The notes beneath the pieces are model-generated. The model saw nothing but the letters and a program-made list of their open reading frames with translations, was not told the DNA's origin and did no database searches. A stretch of 48,512 nt of DNA from Candidatus Nomurabacteria bacterium. Its GTDB lineage: Bacteria; Patescibacteriota; Minisyncoccia; Phycocordibacterales; UBA9973. Positions 8,639 to 17,668 of the stretch are shown here, in pieces. The translations under genes and the position numbers were made by a program. The stretch covers positions 1 through 48,512 of the forward strand of contig CALRBJ010000001.1 in the NCBI GenBank assembly GCA_943354205.1, in the 5' to 3' direction. The stretch's first letter is position 1. Every line of letters starts with the position of its first letter.

Positions 8639-8989
8639 ATGAAATCAAAAAATATTAAAACTGAAAAAAGATCACGAATCAAAAAGAAAATCCGAGCCAA
8701 GCTCTCGGGTACTATAGAGCGCCCTCGCCTCGTCGTTTTCAAATCAAATAAATTTATCTATGCGCAGGTTATCGATGACAGCACTGGAAAAACCCTCGCT
8801 TCTTCTTCTGATATGAAGATAACCAAGGGCACAAAGACCGAGCACGCTAAAGCAGTCGGCGCCGAAGTAGCCAAGCTCGCTATGGCTGCTAAAATAAAGA
8901 AAGTCGTCTTTGACCGTAGTGGTTTTAAATACACTGGTCGCATCAAAGCGCTGGCCGATGAAGCTCGAGCGGCAGGATTAGAATTTTAA
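8639..8989 (+). CDS. rplR: 50S ribosomal protein L18
   Basis: [27 protein letters not shown] and [28 protein letters not shown]. Confidence 0.95.
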   Translation: MKSKNIKTEKRSRIKKKIRAKLSGTIERPRLVVFKSNKFIYAQVIDDSTGKTLASSSDMKITKGTKTEHAKAVGAEVAKLAMAAKIKKVVFDRSGFKYTGRIKALADEARAAGLEF

Positions 8990-8993
8990 ATAT

Positions 8994-9551
8994 ATGGATA
9001 CAACAAACAAACCAACAGAAAATAAAGCTCCCGAAAATGCACGAACCGAAAGACCTCGTGGTCGCACTAGTGGACGCTCTTTTGCTGATCGCCCAAAGCC
9101 AGAGTTTGACCAAAAGATTCTGGACATCCGCCGTGTCACTCGCGTGGTTGCCGGAGGTCGCCGTATGAGCTTTTCTGTCGCCATCGTCATCGGCGATAAA
9201 AAGGGTTCTGTCGGCATCGGCACAGGCAAGGCCACCGATACATCCCTCGCTATAAACAAAGCTGTTCGCAGCGCAAAGAAAAACATGATAAAGGTAAAGA
9301 CCACTAAAACCATGTCTATCCCGCACGATGCTGAAGCAAAATTCGGCTCGGCCAAAATCATGATTCGCCCAAATGGTGGCCGTGGTTTGATCGCTGGTTC
9401 ATCGCTTCGCGACGTGCTCGCGCTCGCTGGGATAAAGGATGTCACCGCCAAGGTGCACTCTGGTTCAAAGAACAAATTGAACAATGCTCGCGCTGCATTG
9501 ATCGCCCTTTCTACCATGAAGCTAAAGCAAATCGCGCCGATCAATCAATAA
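8994..9551 (+). CDS. rpsE: 30S ribosomal protein S5
   Basis: ILDIRRVTRVVAGGRRMSFSVAIVIGDKKGSVGIGTGKA is the S5 dsRBD region. The next gene is rplO, with no rpmD in between. Confidence 0.95.
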   Translation: MDTTNKPTENKAPENARTERPRGRTSGRSFADRPKPEFDQKILDIRRVTRVVAGGRRMSFSVAIVIGDKKGSVGIGTGKATDTSLAINKAVRSAKKNMIKVKTTKTMSIPHDAEAKFGSAKIMIRPNGGRGLIAGSSLRDVLALAGIKDVTAKVHSGSKNKLNNARAALIALSTMKLKQIAPINQ

Positions 9552-9564
9552 TAAATAAAATTGT

Positions 9565-10005
9565 ATGCAACATCACGAACTAAAAAGAAAGAACGCAAAT
9601 AAGAAAACCAAGACCGTGGGTCGTGGAGGCAAGCGTGGCAAGACTTCTGGCCGCGGCACAAAGGGTCAAAACGCTCGCGCTGGTCGCAAGAAGCGCCCAG
9701 AACTTCGCGATCTCATAAAGAAAATTCCAAAACTTCGCGGACGTGGCAAAAACATTTTCAAATCTTTTGAAAAGCGCCCAAACATCGTAAAACTCTCTGC
9801 CTTAAATGGATTCAAGACTGGAGCCATGATCACCCCTGCAATTTTGTTAGCATCTGGTATGATTGAAAAGAAGGGTCGCATGACTCCTCGCGTAAAGATC
9901 CTCGCTGGTGGAGAATTCGACAAAGCTCTCAAGTTTAAAGACTGCGAAATTTCTTCCGGCGCGCGCACTGCTATCATGGGCGCAGGAGGGGAGATTGCGC
10001 CGTAA
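9565..10005 (+). CDS. rplO: 50S ribosomal protein L15
   Basis: VGRGGKRGKTSGRGTKGQNARAG is the Gly/Arg-rich L15 N-terminus. Position is before secY. Confidence 0.93.
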   Translation: MQHHELKRKNANKKTKTVGRGGKRGKTSGRGTKGQNARAGRKKRPELRDLIKKIPKLRGRGKNIFKSFEKRPNIVKLSALNGFKTGAMITPAILLASGMIEKKGRMTPRVKILAGGEFDKALKFKDCEISSGARTAIMGAGGEIAP

Positions 10006-10053
10006 ACGGCTCTGATTTAAATATGTAAATATTTAAATATATAGAAAATACAA

Positions 10054-11325
10054 ATGCAAAATTTCTGGACAAAATTCAAACTCGTACTCACAGACAAATC
10101 ACTTCGAAACAAAATCCTCTTTGTTTTAGGAGCGATTATAGTTTTTCGCTTGCTTGCTGGTATTCCGATACCGGGCATAGATACCGCAAAGCTCGCTTCT
10201 TTTTTAAACAATAACCAATTCTTTGGCGTCCTAAACATCTTTTCTGGTGGAGGTCTCTCGCGCCTCTCTATCATCATGCTCGGCGTCGGTCCATACATCA
10301 CCGGATCGATCATCATGCAACTCCTCACTATCATGGTGCCTAAATTGAAAGCTCTTTACCATGAAGAAGGCGAAGCTGGTCGCAAGAAATTCGCTCAATA
10401 CTCTCGCTTGCTCACTATTCCTCTGGCTGCTATCCAGGCATACAGCCTTATATTTTTGTTTGAGCGACAAGGTATCATTACCGATCTATCTTTGTTTGGG
10501 CACATCACCAGTATCGCTATCGCCATCGGTGGTTCCATGTTCCTCATGTGGATAGGCGAGCTTATATCAGAATTTGGTATCGGAAATGGCGTGTCCATCA
10601 TCATATTTGCCGGTATTGTGGCATCTGTGCCTACACATGTTTCTGAATTTTTGTTTACATTTACAAAGTCTTCAATTCCTCTATATATAGTATTTTTAGT
10701 AGTGGGTCTCCTAGTCATCGCAGGCGTCATCCTCATATCAGAAGCCGAGCGTCCGATACCGGTCACCTATGCCAAGCAAACTCGCGGGATGAAAGTTTAT
10801 GGTGGCACCTCCACTTATTTACCGCTTCGTGTAAACCAAGCCGGCGTTATTCCGATAATCTTTGCTCTTTCTATTCTGCTATTTCCGCAAATGATAGGCA
10901 ATTTCTTGGCAGGTGCAAACAATACCATCTTGCACAAAATTTCTATCGTGCTTTCTTCTTTCACCCAAGACTCTTGGCTCTATGTGGCTCTATACTTTGT
11001 GCTTGTTTTTATGTTCACTTATTTCTACACCGCTGTCACTTTCGATCCGAAAGCTTTGTCTGAAAATCTTCAAAAGAACGGCGCCTTTGTCCCTGGCATT
11101 CGCCCAGGCGAAGCCACTGCGGAGTATGTATCGAAGATCACTAGTCGTATCACCCTAGTCGGAGCGCTTTCTCTCGGCCTCATCGCTGTCCTTCCTCTTC
11201 TGATGCGCTCTCTCACAGGGATCACCGCCATCGCCCTAGGTGGCACCTCTCTCCTCATCGTCGTCTCTGTAGTTCTCGACTTGGTAAAGAAAATGCAAGC
11301 ACAGATTTCAATGCGGGAATACTAG
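10054..11325 (+). CDS. secY: Preprotein translocase subunit SecY
   Basis: 423 aa, multi-TM, with GIPIPGID, LGVGPYITGSIIMQLL and GNGVSIIIFAGIV motifs. Ends TAG. Confidence 0.96.
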   Translation: MQNFWTKFKLVLTDKSLRNKILFVLGAIIVFRLLAGIPIPGIDTAKLASFLNNNQFFGVLNIFSGGGLSRLSIIMLGVGPYITGSIIMQLLTIMVPKLKALYHEEGEAGRKKFAQYSRLLTIPLAAIQAYSLIFLFERQGIITDLSLFGHITSIAIAIGGSMFLMWIGELISEFGIGNGVSIIIFAGIVASVPTHVSEFLFTFTKSSIPLYIVFLVVGLLVIAGVILISEAERPIPVTYAKQTRGMKVYGGTSTYLPLRVNQAGVIPIIFALSILLFPQMIGNFLAGANNTILHKISIVLSSFTQDSWLYVALYFVLVFMFTYFYTAVTFDPKALSENLQKNGAFVPGIRPGEATAEYVSKITSRITLVGALSLGLIAVLPLLMRSLTGITAIALGGTSLLIVVSVVLDLVKKMQAQISMREY

Positions 11326-11327
11326 GG

Positions 11328-11336
11328 TGCTATAAT
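11328..11336 (+). promoter_or_regulatory. Extended -10 box TGCTATAAT, 6 nt before the adk ATG (candidate leaderless transcript)
   Basis: TGCTATAAT at 11328-11336. ATG at 11343. No SD-like purine tract. Confidence 0.35.
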
Positions 11337-11342
11337 AATCGC

Positions 11343-11930
11343 ATGTCTCCAAAAACATTTATATTGATAGGCCGAAGCGGGTGTGGCAAGGGCACCCAAG
11401 CGCAATTGCTCGATGCATATATAAGAGAAAACGACAAAGATACTCGTCGTATTTTCCATTTGGAAACCGGCACAAAATTTCGCGAATTTATAAAAGGCGA
11501 TAGCCTTTCACAAAAGCGCTCTCGCGAATATTATGAAAAAGACTTGCTTCAGCCAGCATTCTTGGCTGTGCATCTATGGAGTCATATCTTGATAGAAGAG
11601 ATGACCGGGGAAGAGCATTTGTTTATAGACGGCACGCCTCGTACTCTGGCTGAATGCGATGCGCTCGATAGCGCGATGAAATTTTACGAAAGAGAAAATC
11701 CCGTAGTTGTTTATTTGAATGTTAGCCGAGATTGGAGTCGTGAGAGATTGGTAGGAAGAAAAAGAATGGACGACGATGCCGAGAGTGTGGAGCGCCGGCT
11801 AAACTGGTACGAAGAGAGCGTGGTACCGGTGATAGAAAAACTAAAGAATAATCCATTCTATAAATTTATAGAAATAAATGGCGAGCAAACAGTGGAGGAA
11901 GTGCATGCAGAGATAGTCTCCAAGATTTAG
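11343..11930 (+). CDS. adk: Adenylate kinase family protein
   Basis: P-loop GRSGCGKGTQAQLL. Canonical secY-adk-map order. Confidence 0.85.
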   Translation: MSPKTFILIGRSGCGKGTQAQLLDAYIRENDKDTRRIFHLETGTKFREFIKGDSLSQKRSREYYEKDLLQPAFLAVHLWSHILIEEMTGEEHLFIDGTPRTLAECDALDSAMKFYERENPVVVYLNVSRDWSRERLVGRKRMDDDAESVERRLNWYEESVVPVIEKLKNNPFYKFIEINGEQTVEEVHAEIVSKI

Positions 11931-11931
11931 C

Positions 11932-12699
11932 ATGTCGATCATCATAAAAACAAAAGAAGAAATAGAAATACTGCGCGAAGGAGGGCGCAGGCTCGGGGAA
12001 GTATTGCGAAAGACAGCAGAGAAAGTCGCTCCCGGTATTTCAGCCAAAGAGCTCAACGACTTTGCCGAATCTCTCATCCGCCAGGCTGGCGACGAGCCGG
12101 CCTTTTTAAATTACAAACCAGAAGGTGCGCCTTATCCATACCCGGCATCGCTTTGTGTTTCCATAAACAACGAAGTCGTGCACGGCATTCCGAGCGCTGA
12201 AAAAATCTTAAAAGAAGGCGATATCGTATCGCTCGATTTGGGCCTAAAACACAAAGGGCTCTTTACCGATTCGGCCATCACTGTGCCGGTGGCCAAGATC
12301 ACTCGCAATGCCCAAAAACTTTTGAATGATACAAAAGAAGCTTTGATGGTGGGTATTGCCGAGGCGCGGGCGGGACAAAGAGTAGGCGACATCAGTCACG
12401 CTATTGAAGAATTTATAAATAAGAAAAAATACGGCATCGTACGAGAATTATCGGGTCATGGCGTAGGCCGAGCCATTCATGAAGACCCTTATATTCCAAA
12501 CTTTGGCCGAAAGAGCACGGGCGAGATGCTCAAAGAGGGGATGGTAGTGGCTTTGGAGCCGATGGTGAATCTCGGTGGCGACGATGTTGTTTTCGACTCC
12601 GATGGCTACACTGTGCGCACCGCTGATGCCTCCATATCGGCCCATTTTGAGCATACTATCCTTATAACACAAGGTGATCCAGAGATATTGACATTTTAG
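11932..12699 (+). CDS. map: Type I methionine aminopeptidase
   Basis: VVHGIPS...GDIVSLDLG....G...D.A.T, GHGVGRAIHE, ALEPM and HFEHT metal-ligand pattern. Confidence 0.95.
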   Translation: MSIIIKTKEEIEILREGGRRLGEVLRKTAEKVAPGISAKELNDFAESLIRQAGDEPAFLNYKPEGAPYPYPASLCVSINNEVVHGIPSAEKILKEGDIVSLDLGLKHKGLFTDSAITVPVAKITRNAQKLLNDTKEALMVGIAEARAGQRVGDISHAIEEFINKKKYGIVRELSGHGVGRAIHEDPYIPNFGRKSTGEMLKEGMVVALEPMVNLGGDDVVFDSDGYTVRTADASISAHFEHTILITQGDPEILTF

Positions 12700-12782
12700 C
12701 CTAAAAGGTATACAATATACCCAGATATTGCCGATTCCGGCCCCCTTGCACTGCAAGGTCTTACTTAAAAACAAAATTCATT

Positions 12783-13457
12783 ATGAACTCAGTTTTTAGC
12801 AATCCGGAAGATTCCGGAAACCAAGCAATCATTGAAACTATCGCCAAGAGTATCAATGATTTGTACTATCGTATTAAATACCAGCTTTCTGATACCATGA
12901 GCACTGCCGATGCCCTTTTGAAATGTATTGAAATTTATGATCAGAAAAAGTTTTCTTTCAAGCCAGGCGAGAGAGAAATGTTTTCTGAACAAGAACTCAA
13001 CACTAATTTTCAAAAAGACCATCCATTGTCAAAGTATGAAAGAGCAAAAGATGTGAATTTCGATTTCTGTTGCTTTGCCTATCAGCACGATTTCGACAAT
13101 GGCAAGTATCGCGAAGTAGATTTTTACATTTTCAGAGGCATTATCAGTAAAACTCTCGCGCGTTTGAATGGTCCAGAAAAGGAGCGTCAAAATGCCATCC
13201 AAATGGTTTTCGATGCTGAGTACAAAGGAAATTTGATGCCCCAAAGTTATGTGGAATTATTCAAAAAAGAATATCCCCAGACTATTCAATCGGCAAAAGA
13301 TTTCATCTCTTCTTGGCATTCAGAGAGAGATAGTTATGGCGACAATCCACCATCTGATGTTATCGACGCAGAAGACCTTGGTGGTATGCATTTTGTGCCT
13401 ATGACTAAAGAAAAGAACAAGCCTGGCAGAAAAGAAGCGCCAAACTTTCCACACTGA
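12783..13457 (+). CDS. Hypothetical protein (224 aa), no recognisable domain
   Basis: Long ORF with its own downstream intrinsic terminator. I recognise no motif. Confidence 0.65.
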   Translation: MNSVFSNPEDSGNQAIIETIAKSINDLYYRIKYQLSDTMSTADALLKCIEIYDQKKFSFKPGEREMFSEQELNTNFQKDHPLSKYERAKDVNFDFCCFAYQHDFDNGKYREVDFYIFRGIISKTLARLNGPEKERQNAIQMVFDAEYKGNLMPQSYVELFKKEYPQTIQSAKDFISSWHSERDSYGDNPPSDVIDAEDLGGMHFVPMTKEKNKPGRKEAPNFPH

Positions 13458-13476
13458 TGCATTTTCAAAAATTGTT

Positions 13477-13503
13477 AAGCCCCAGACTTCTGGGGCTTTT
13501 TTC
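13477..13503 (+). terminator. Intrinsic terminator after the 224-aa ORF
   Basis: AAGCCCCA/TGGGGCTT 8-bp stem, 6-nt loop, then TTTTTT. Confidence 0.7.
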
Positions 13504-13541
13504 TTTCTCAATTTTCACAATATTGAGGTATAATTTAGCTG

Positions 13542-16289
13542 ATGGAATCCCTTGATTTTAAGAATCAGCCAAAGTTCAACAATCCCGAAGAAGAGATTGC
13601 TTTTTTACGCGAACAAATCCGCTCGCGCGAAGGCATTGCGCAAAATTCAGGTCTTGAAGCAAACAAAGAGCAAATCGCTCGCGAAGTCCTTCAGCAGTAC
13701 AAAGAGGTGCCGATTGAAAAAATCTTGCCAAAAGAGCGAGAGAGAGAGGTGGGCGAGCACGAAGGTATCGCCTTGCGCTTGAAGCCAGAACCGCACGACA
13801 GCAAGATGGAGGAAATACTAGGTGTGCTCTTGAGTCATGGCTTAAAGAGCGCTTTTTCTTTGGTGGAGCGATTAAATAGTCCGCATATCGACGACGATTT
13901 TGAAAGATTTTTGGTCCAATATCTGCTTTCCACCGGCAAAATTCCTGGACTAAAAGAAGGCACGCGAGTTTTCAAAGGTTTGAATATGAAATTATTAGAG
14001 GTCACTTTACCCGAATACTCAAAAGAAGATGGTAGGACATTTAAAGATTTCTTGGGTGCCATGGAGCAGTTCTACGCCGGCATGCAGTCGATAGCTAGGA
14101 GCCGTGAAAACAAAGACGAGGACTATTTTACACTCGAGATTTCTCTTTCAAACGAGAGCGACCAAGTGGTCATCTTTGCTGGAGTGCCGAAAAATTCCGC
14201 CGATCTTTTCGAGAAACAAGTTTTAGGATTTTATCACAATGCAAAGATAAAAGAGGTAAGTGATGATTACAATATATTTTCTCCATCCGGACATTCGGCT
14301 GGAGCGTACGCTACCACCTCTGCCCCTGTGGTGCTTCCGATAAAGACATACGAGAGTATCGATCATGACCCGATGAACCTGCTTTTGAATGTATTTTCGA
14401 AATTAAAACGCCAAGGCGAGGGTGCAGCCATACAGTTCGTGGTCATTCCAGAGGGAGACAAATACATAAAAAGATTCAATAATATTTTAATGGAGGTCAA
14501 AGACGGTATTTCGGTAAAGAAGGCTTCCGACGAGATCAGCAAATGGGGGAGTTCTTTCGCTTCTGCTTCTAAAAAATTGATTTTTGGTTATGGCAAAGAT
14601 AGTGAAAAAGAAAAGGAGAAAAAGATAGACGATACCGCGGTGGCCAAAATAAATGAAAAAGTAAAAAGCACCGTCATGGGAGTGGTCATCCGCGTGGTCA
14701 CTTCAGCTGAAACCAAAGATCGCGCGGAGGTGATGCTTTTGGAAATAGAGTCTGCCTTCAATCAGTTTTCCGATCCCGCGAGCAATAGCATTGTTTTCGA
14801 AAAAGTTCCGGATAGAAAATTAAACGATCTTTTCCATGAATTTTCTTATCGACAAATTTCAGACGAGCATCTACTCCCACTCAATCTAAAAGAGCTCTCC
14901 AGCCTCTTCCATTTCCCTGTGGGTGCCACTGGCTCTCCTCAACTAAAATCTGCCAAGTCCGGCATCGCTCCAGCGCCTATAAATATGCCGAGCGAAGGCG
15001 TGCTTCTTGGCATAAATCGCTATCGTGATTTGGCGACCGAAGTGCATATGGCGCAGGAAGACCGCATGCGACATATGTATGTGATCGGCCAAACCGGTAC
15101 GGGTAAAACCACTATTTTGAAAAATATGATTGCCCAGGATATAAAGAATGGCGCTGGCGTTTGTTTTATCGACCCGCACGGCAGCGACATCGAAGACATA
15201 CTTTCCATCATCCCGCCAGAGCGTGCGGACGATGTAATCTATTTCGACCCGGCTTATCTCGACCGGCCGATGGGCTTCAACATGCTCGAATACGATGCGC
15301 GTTTTCCAGAACAAAAAACATTTGTGATAAATGAATTGCTCGCCATTTTTAACAAACTTTTCGACATGAAAGTCGCCGGTGGGCCTTCCTTTGAACAATA
15401 CTTCCGCAATAGCGCCATGTTGGTGATGGAGGACCCAGAGAGCGGCAATACCTTGCTCGATATCGGCCGAGTTTTGGGTGACAAAGCTTATCGCACGCTC
15501 AAATTAGAGCGTTGCAAAAATCCAATCATCAAACAATTCTGGGAAAATGCTGAAAAGACTACCGGCGACCAAAGCCTTTCCAACTATGTGCCGTATATCA
15601 CCAACAAATTCGATGTGTTTGTCTCAAACGACATCATGCGCCCGATCATAGCGCAGGAAAAATCGGCTTTCAATTTTCGCCAAGTCATGGATGAAAAGAA
15701 AATACTCTTGGTCAATCTTTCAAAGGGAAGATTGGGTGATATAAACTCTTCGCTCATCGGTTTGATCTTAGTCGGCAAGATTTTGATGGCGGCGCTTTCT
15801 CGTGTGGATTCTTTCGGCAAGCCGATGAATGATTTCTTCCTCTATATCGACGAGTTTCAAAATGTCACCACCGAATCCATCGCCACTATTCTCTCCGAGG
15901 CGCGCAAATATCGCCTCTCGCTCAATTTGGCCCACCAATTCATCGGCCAATTGGATGAAAAGATAAAGACGGCGGTGTTTGGAAATGTGGGCTCGATGGC
16001 TATATTCCGCGTGGGCGCCGATGATGCGCCATATTTGGAATCGCAAGTGGCTCCTACATTCTCTGCAGCCGATATTATGAAGCTCGACAACTTCAACGCC
16101 TACATGCGCCTACTCGTAAAAGGCCAGCCAGAAAAACCATTCAATATCGAAACTCTGCCATTCACCAAAGGCTCTCGTGAAAACGCCGAGAAAATAAAAC
16201 AGCTCTCGTATCTAAAATACGGCCGTCCTCGTGCCGAAGTGGAAGAGGAGGTGATGGCGAAATACAAGAAAACTGCTCCACCGGCGTAA
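13542..16289 (+). CDS. Soluble VirD4/TraG/TraD-like (coupling-protein-type) P-loop ATPase with an uncharacterised N-terminal region of about 500 aa
   Basis: Walker A GQTGTGKTT followed by CFIDPHGS. Walker B-like FFLYIDEFQNV. ARKYRLSLNLAHQ (the AxQ pattern typical of T4SS coupling/DUF87-type ATPases). No hydrophobic TM segment in the N-terminus. TATAAT at 13529-13534 lies 7 nt before the ATG. Confidence 0.75.
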   Translation: MESLDFKNQPKFNNPEEEIAFLREQIRSREGIAQNSGLEANKEQIAREVLQQYKEVPIEKILPKEREREVGEHEGIALRLKPEPHDSKMEEILGVLLSHGLKSAFSLVERLNSPHIDDDFERFLVQYLLSTGKIPGLKEGTRVFKGLNMKLLEVTLPEYSKEDGRTFKDFLGAMEQFYAGMQSIARSRENKDEDYFTLEISLSNESDQVVIFAGVPKNSADLFEKQVLGFYHNAKIKEVSDDYNIFSPSGHSAGAYATTSAPVVLPIKTYESIDHDPMNLLLNVFSKLKRQGEGAAIQFVVIPEGDKYIKRFNNILMEVKDGISVKKASDEISKWGSSFASASKKLIFGYGKDSEKEKEKKIDDTAVAKINEKVKSTVMGVVIRVVTSAETKDRAEVMLLEIESAFNQFSDPASNSIVFEKVPDRKLNDLFHEFSYRQISDEHLLPLNLKELSSLFHFPVGATGSPQLKSAKSGIAPAPINMPSEGVLLGINRYRDLATEVHMAQEDRMRHMYVIGQTGTGKTTILKNMIAQDIKNGAGVCFIDPHGSDIEDILSIIPPERADDVIYFDPAYLDRPMGFNMLEYDARFPEQKTFVINELLAIFNKLFDMKVAGGPSFEQYFRNSAMLVMEDPESGNTLLDIGRVLGDKAYRTLKLERCKNPIIKQFWENAEKTTGDQSLSNYVPYITNKFDVFVSNDIMRPIIAQEKSAFNFRQVMDEKKILLVNLSKGRLGDINSSLIGLILVGKILMAALSRVDSFGKPMNDFFLYIDEFQNVTTESIATILSEARKYRLSLNLAHQFIGQLDEKIKTAVFGNVGSMAIFRVGADDAPYLESQVAPTFSAADIMKLDNFNAYMRLLVKGQPEKPFNIETLPFTKGSRENAEKIKQLSYLKYGRPRAEVEEEVMAKYKKTAPPA

Positions 16290-16335
16290 TAACTATCTTT
16301 TTGCCACGTCAAAGCTATTGTGATATAGTATTCGT

Positions 16336-16581
16336 ATGCTTACACACTATATATTTGAACAAATGGGAAAAGCCAAGTTTAAAAAACTTGCTGATAAAAC
16401 ATACTTTGGCACTATTCCTGGCGTTTCTGGGGTTTGGGCCAATGCTCGCACAATGTCAGAATGCAAAAAGGAACTCCAAGAAGTTTTTGAAGATTGGATG
16501 GTGCTCTCACTGAAAAAGGATAAAAAAATCCGCGGTTTTTCTTTTACATTGGACAAACGCTACTTAGTGAAAAATGCTTAA
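16336..16581 (+). CDS. hicB: HicB-like antitoxin (short form, no obvious DNA-binding domain). Alternative start at 16363
   Basis: YFGTIPGVSGVWANARTMSECKKELQEVFEDWM resembles the HicB/UPF0150 fold region. 8-nt overlap with the downstream hicA-like ORF. Confidence 0.65.
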   Translation: MLTHYIFEQMGKAKFKKLADKTYFGTIPGVSGVWANARTMSECKKELQEVFEDWMVLSLKKDKKIRGFSFTLDKRYLVKNA

Positions 16582-16792
16582 AAATATTTCGCTAGATAAA
16601 CTAATTAAAAAACTTCGAATGCTAGGATTCGACGGTCCATATTCTGGTGGCCGTCATTTGTTTATGATTCGTGGGGCGCTAAAGCTTCGTATTCCAAATC
16701 CGCATACTGGAGATATTTCTAAAAGTCTTTTAGCTCAAATTTTAAGACAAGGCGGTATTTCTCGCGACCAATGGAATAGTCTTGATAAATAA
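16574..16792 (+). CDS. hicA: HicA-like mRNA interferase toxin
   Basis: LIKKLRMLGFDGPYSGGRHLFMIRG...RIPNPHTGDISKSLLAQILRQGGIS matches the HicA/YcfA dsRBD-like pattern including the conserved His. Confidence 0.7.
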   Translation: MLKNISLDKLIKKLRMLGFDGPYSGGRHLFMIRGALKLRIPNPHTGDISKSLLAQILRQGGISRDQWNSLDK

Positions 16793-16794
16793 AA

Positions 16795-16825
16795 ATCCTC
16801 CTCTTAAAAAGCAGAGAAGGATTTT
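16795..16825 (+). terminator. Terminator-like hairpin after hicA
   Basis: 10-position stem with one mismatch (ATCCTCCTCT/AGAGAAGGAT), followed by a T-rich tract. Confidence 0.45.
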
Positions 16826-17030
16826 CTATGTTTTATATGCCCACCGAATTGAATAGTCCGAACATTCTCAAAACGGCTTGATACACGGGTTATATTATTT
16901 GCATTGCAAACAATATGTCGGTCATTACATACTAACAAGTATCATAAAGTTAGCTGACCCCAGTTTTATACCCAGTTCGGCCAAGTATAAAACATTGTGG
17001 CAACATTATAGCATATTAATAAATTTTATA

Positions 17031-17061
17031 AATAAAAACCCCCCGCAATTAATTGCGGGGG
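17031..17061 (-). terminator. Intrinsic terminator for the minus-strand 194-aa ORF
   Basis: Palindrome CCCCCGCAATTAATTGCGGGGG. On the minus strand it is followed by TTTTTATT. Confidence 0.7.
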
Positions 17062-17083
17062 AGTGGTTTTTGTCATAATCACG

Positions 17084-17668
17084 CTAAAGATTCTTAACAA
17101 GCTCAGAAAATCCAGGTTCTTCAAAAATCTTTTTTGTGTTGACCAGATGGTTCATAAGCCTGTCAAAACTGTCTTCACCCTCTAATTCTTCTGCGTCAAA
17201 CATTTCTTTTAACTTTAAAATGTGCTCAGAAACGAATGGTTTTAACATGCTTTTGTATGTCCAATAATCTAAATTTTTTTCAACAATAAAGATTATTGCT
17301 CCGGCGATAGCTCTGTCGTGCGGAGGAAGTTGGCCAGAAACTCCAACACCATAAAGAAATCCTCGTACGCCACCTTTCGGAATTTCTTTGCCATCAGTAG
17401 CCAAAGGCGCTTCGTTGCCGCCAGAAACATACTTTGCTTTTTTACGAGAAAAATCAAAGTAGCGTTCAGATTTTTCGACAGGGAAAGAACCTACGCACAT
17501 ATGGAGAACATCTTCCCCGGTTTGTTGGTCGGTAAAGCATATCCTTAATCCATTTCTAATTTTCTCAATAGGCAATCCCTGGTCCTGGTTAAAGAAAGCA
17601 ATTGCTTCTGATGCAAGTATGTCTATAAGACTAATTTTTAAAAAAAGTTCTGAATGATTTGTATCCAT
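17084..17668 (-). CDS. Hypothetical protein (194 aa). Weak GlcG/DUF336-like motif only
   Basis: KGGVRGFLYGVGVSGQLPPHDRAIAGAI resembles the GG...G.GVSG....D..A.A core of GlcG/HbpS-type proteins. The functional call is weak. Confidence 0.6.
   Translation of the reverse strand: MDTNHSELFLKISLIDILASEAIAFFNQDQGLPIEKIRNGLRICFTDQQTGEDVLHMCVGSFPVEKSERYFDFSRKKAKYVSGGNEAPLATDGKEIPKGGVRGFLYGVGVSGQLPPHDRAIAGAIIFIVEKNLDYWTYKSMLKPFVSEHILKLKEMFDAEELEGEDSFDRLMNHLVNTKKIFEEPGFSELVKNL

Noticed and set aside
13455-13457. Alternative genetic code 25 (UGA=Gly), as in some CPR lineages
   Set aside because: TGA ends the 224-aa ORF and recG (30496-30498) at sensible lengths. None of the conserved genes needs TGA read-through.
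16878-17078. 66-aa ORF in the 290-bp gap between hicA and the 194-aa gene. The gap also holds a 9-bp inverted repeat (16963-16971 / 16985-16993) and a TTTGCATTGCAAA palindrome
   Set aside because: The ORF has no start context, runs through the terminator palindrome and has an implausible composition. The short inverted repeats are within chance expectation for AT-rich DNA. They are mentioned only as part of the accessory-region finding.
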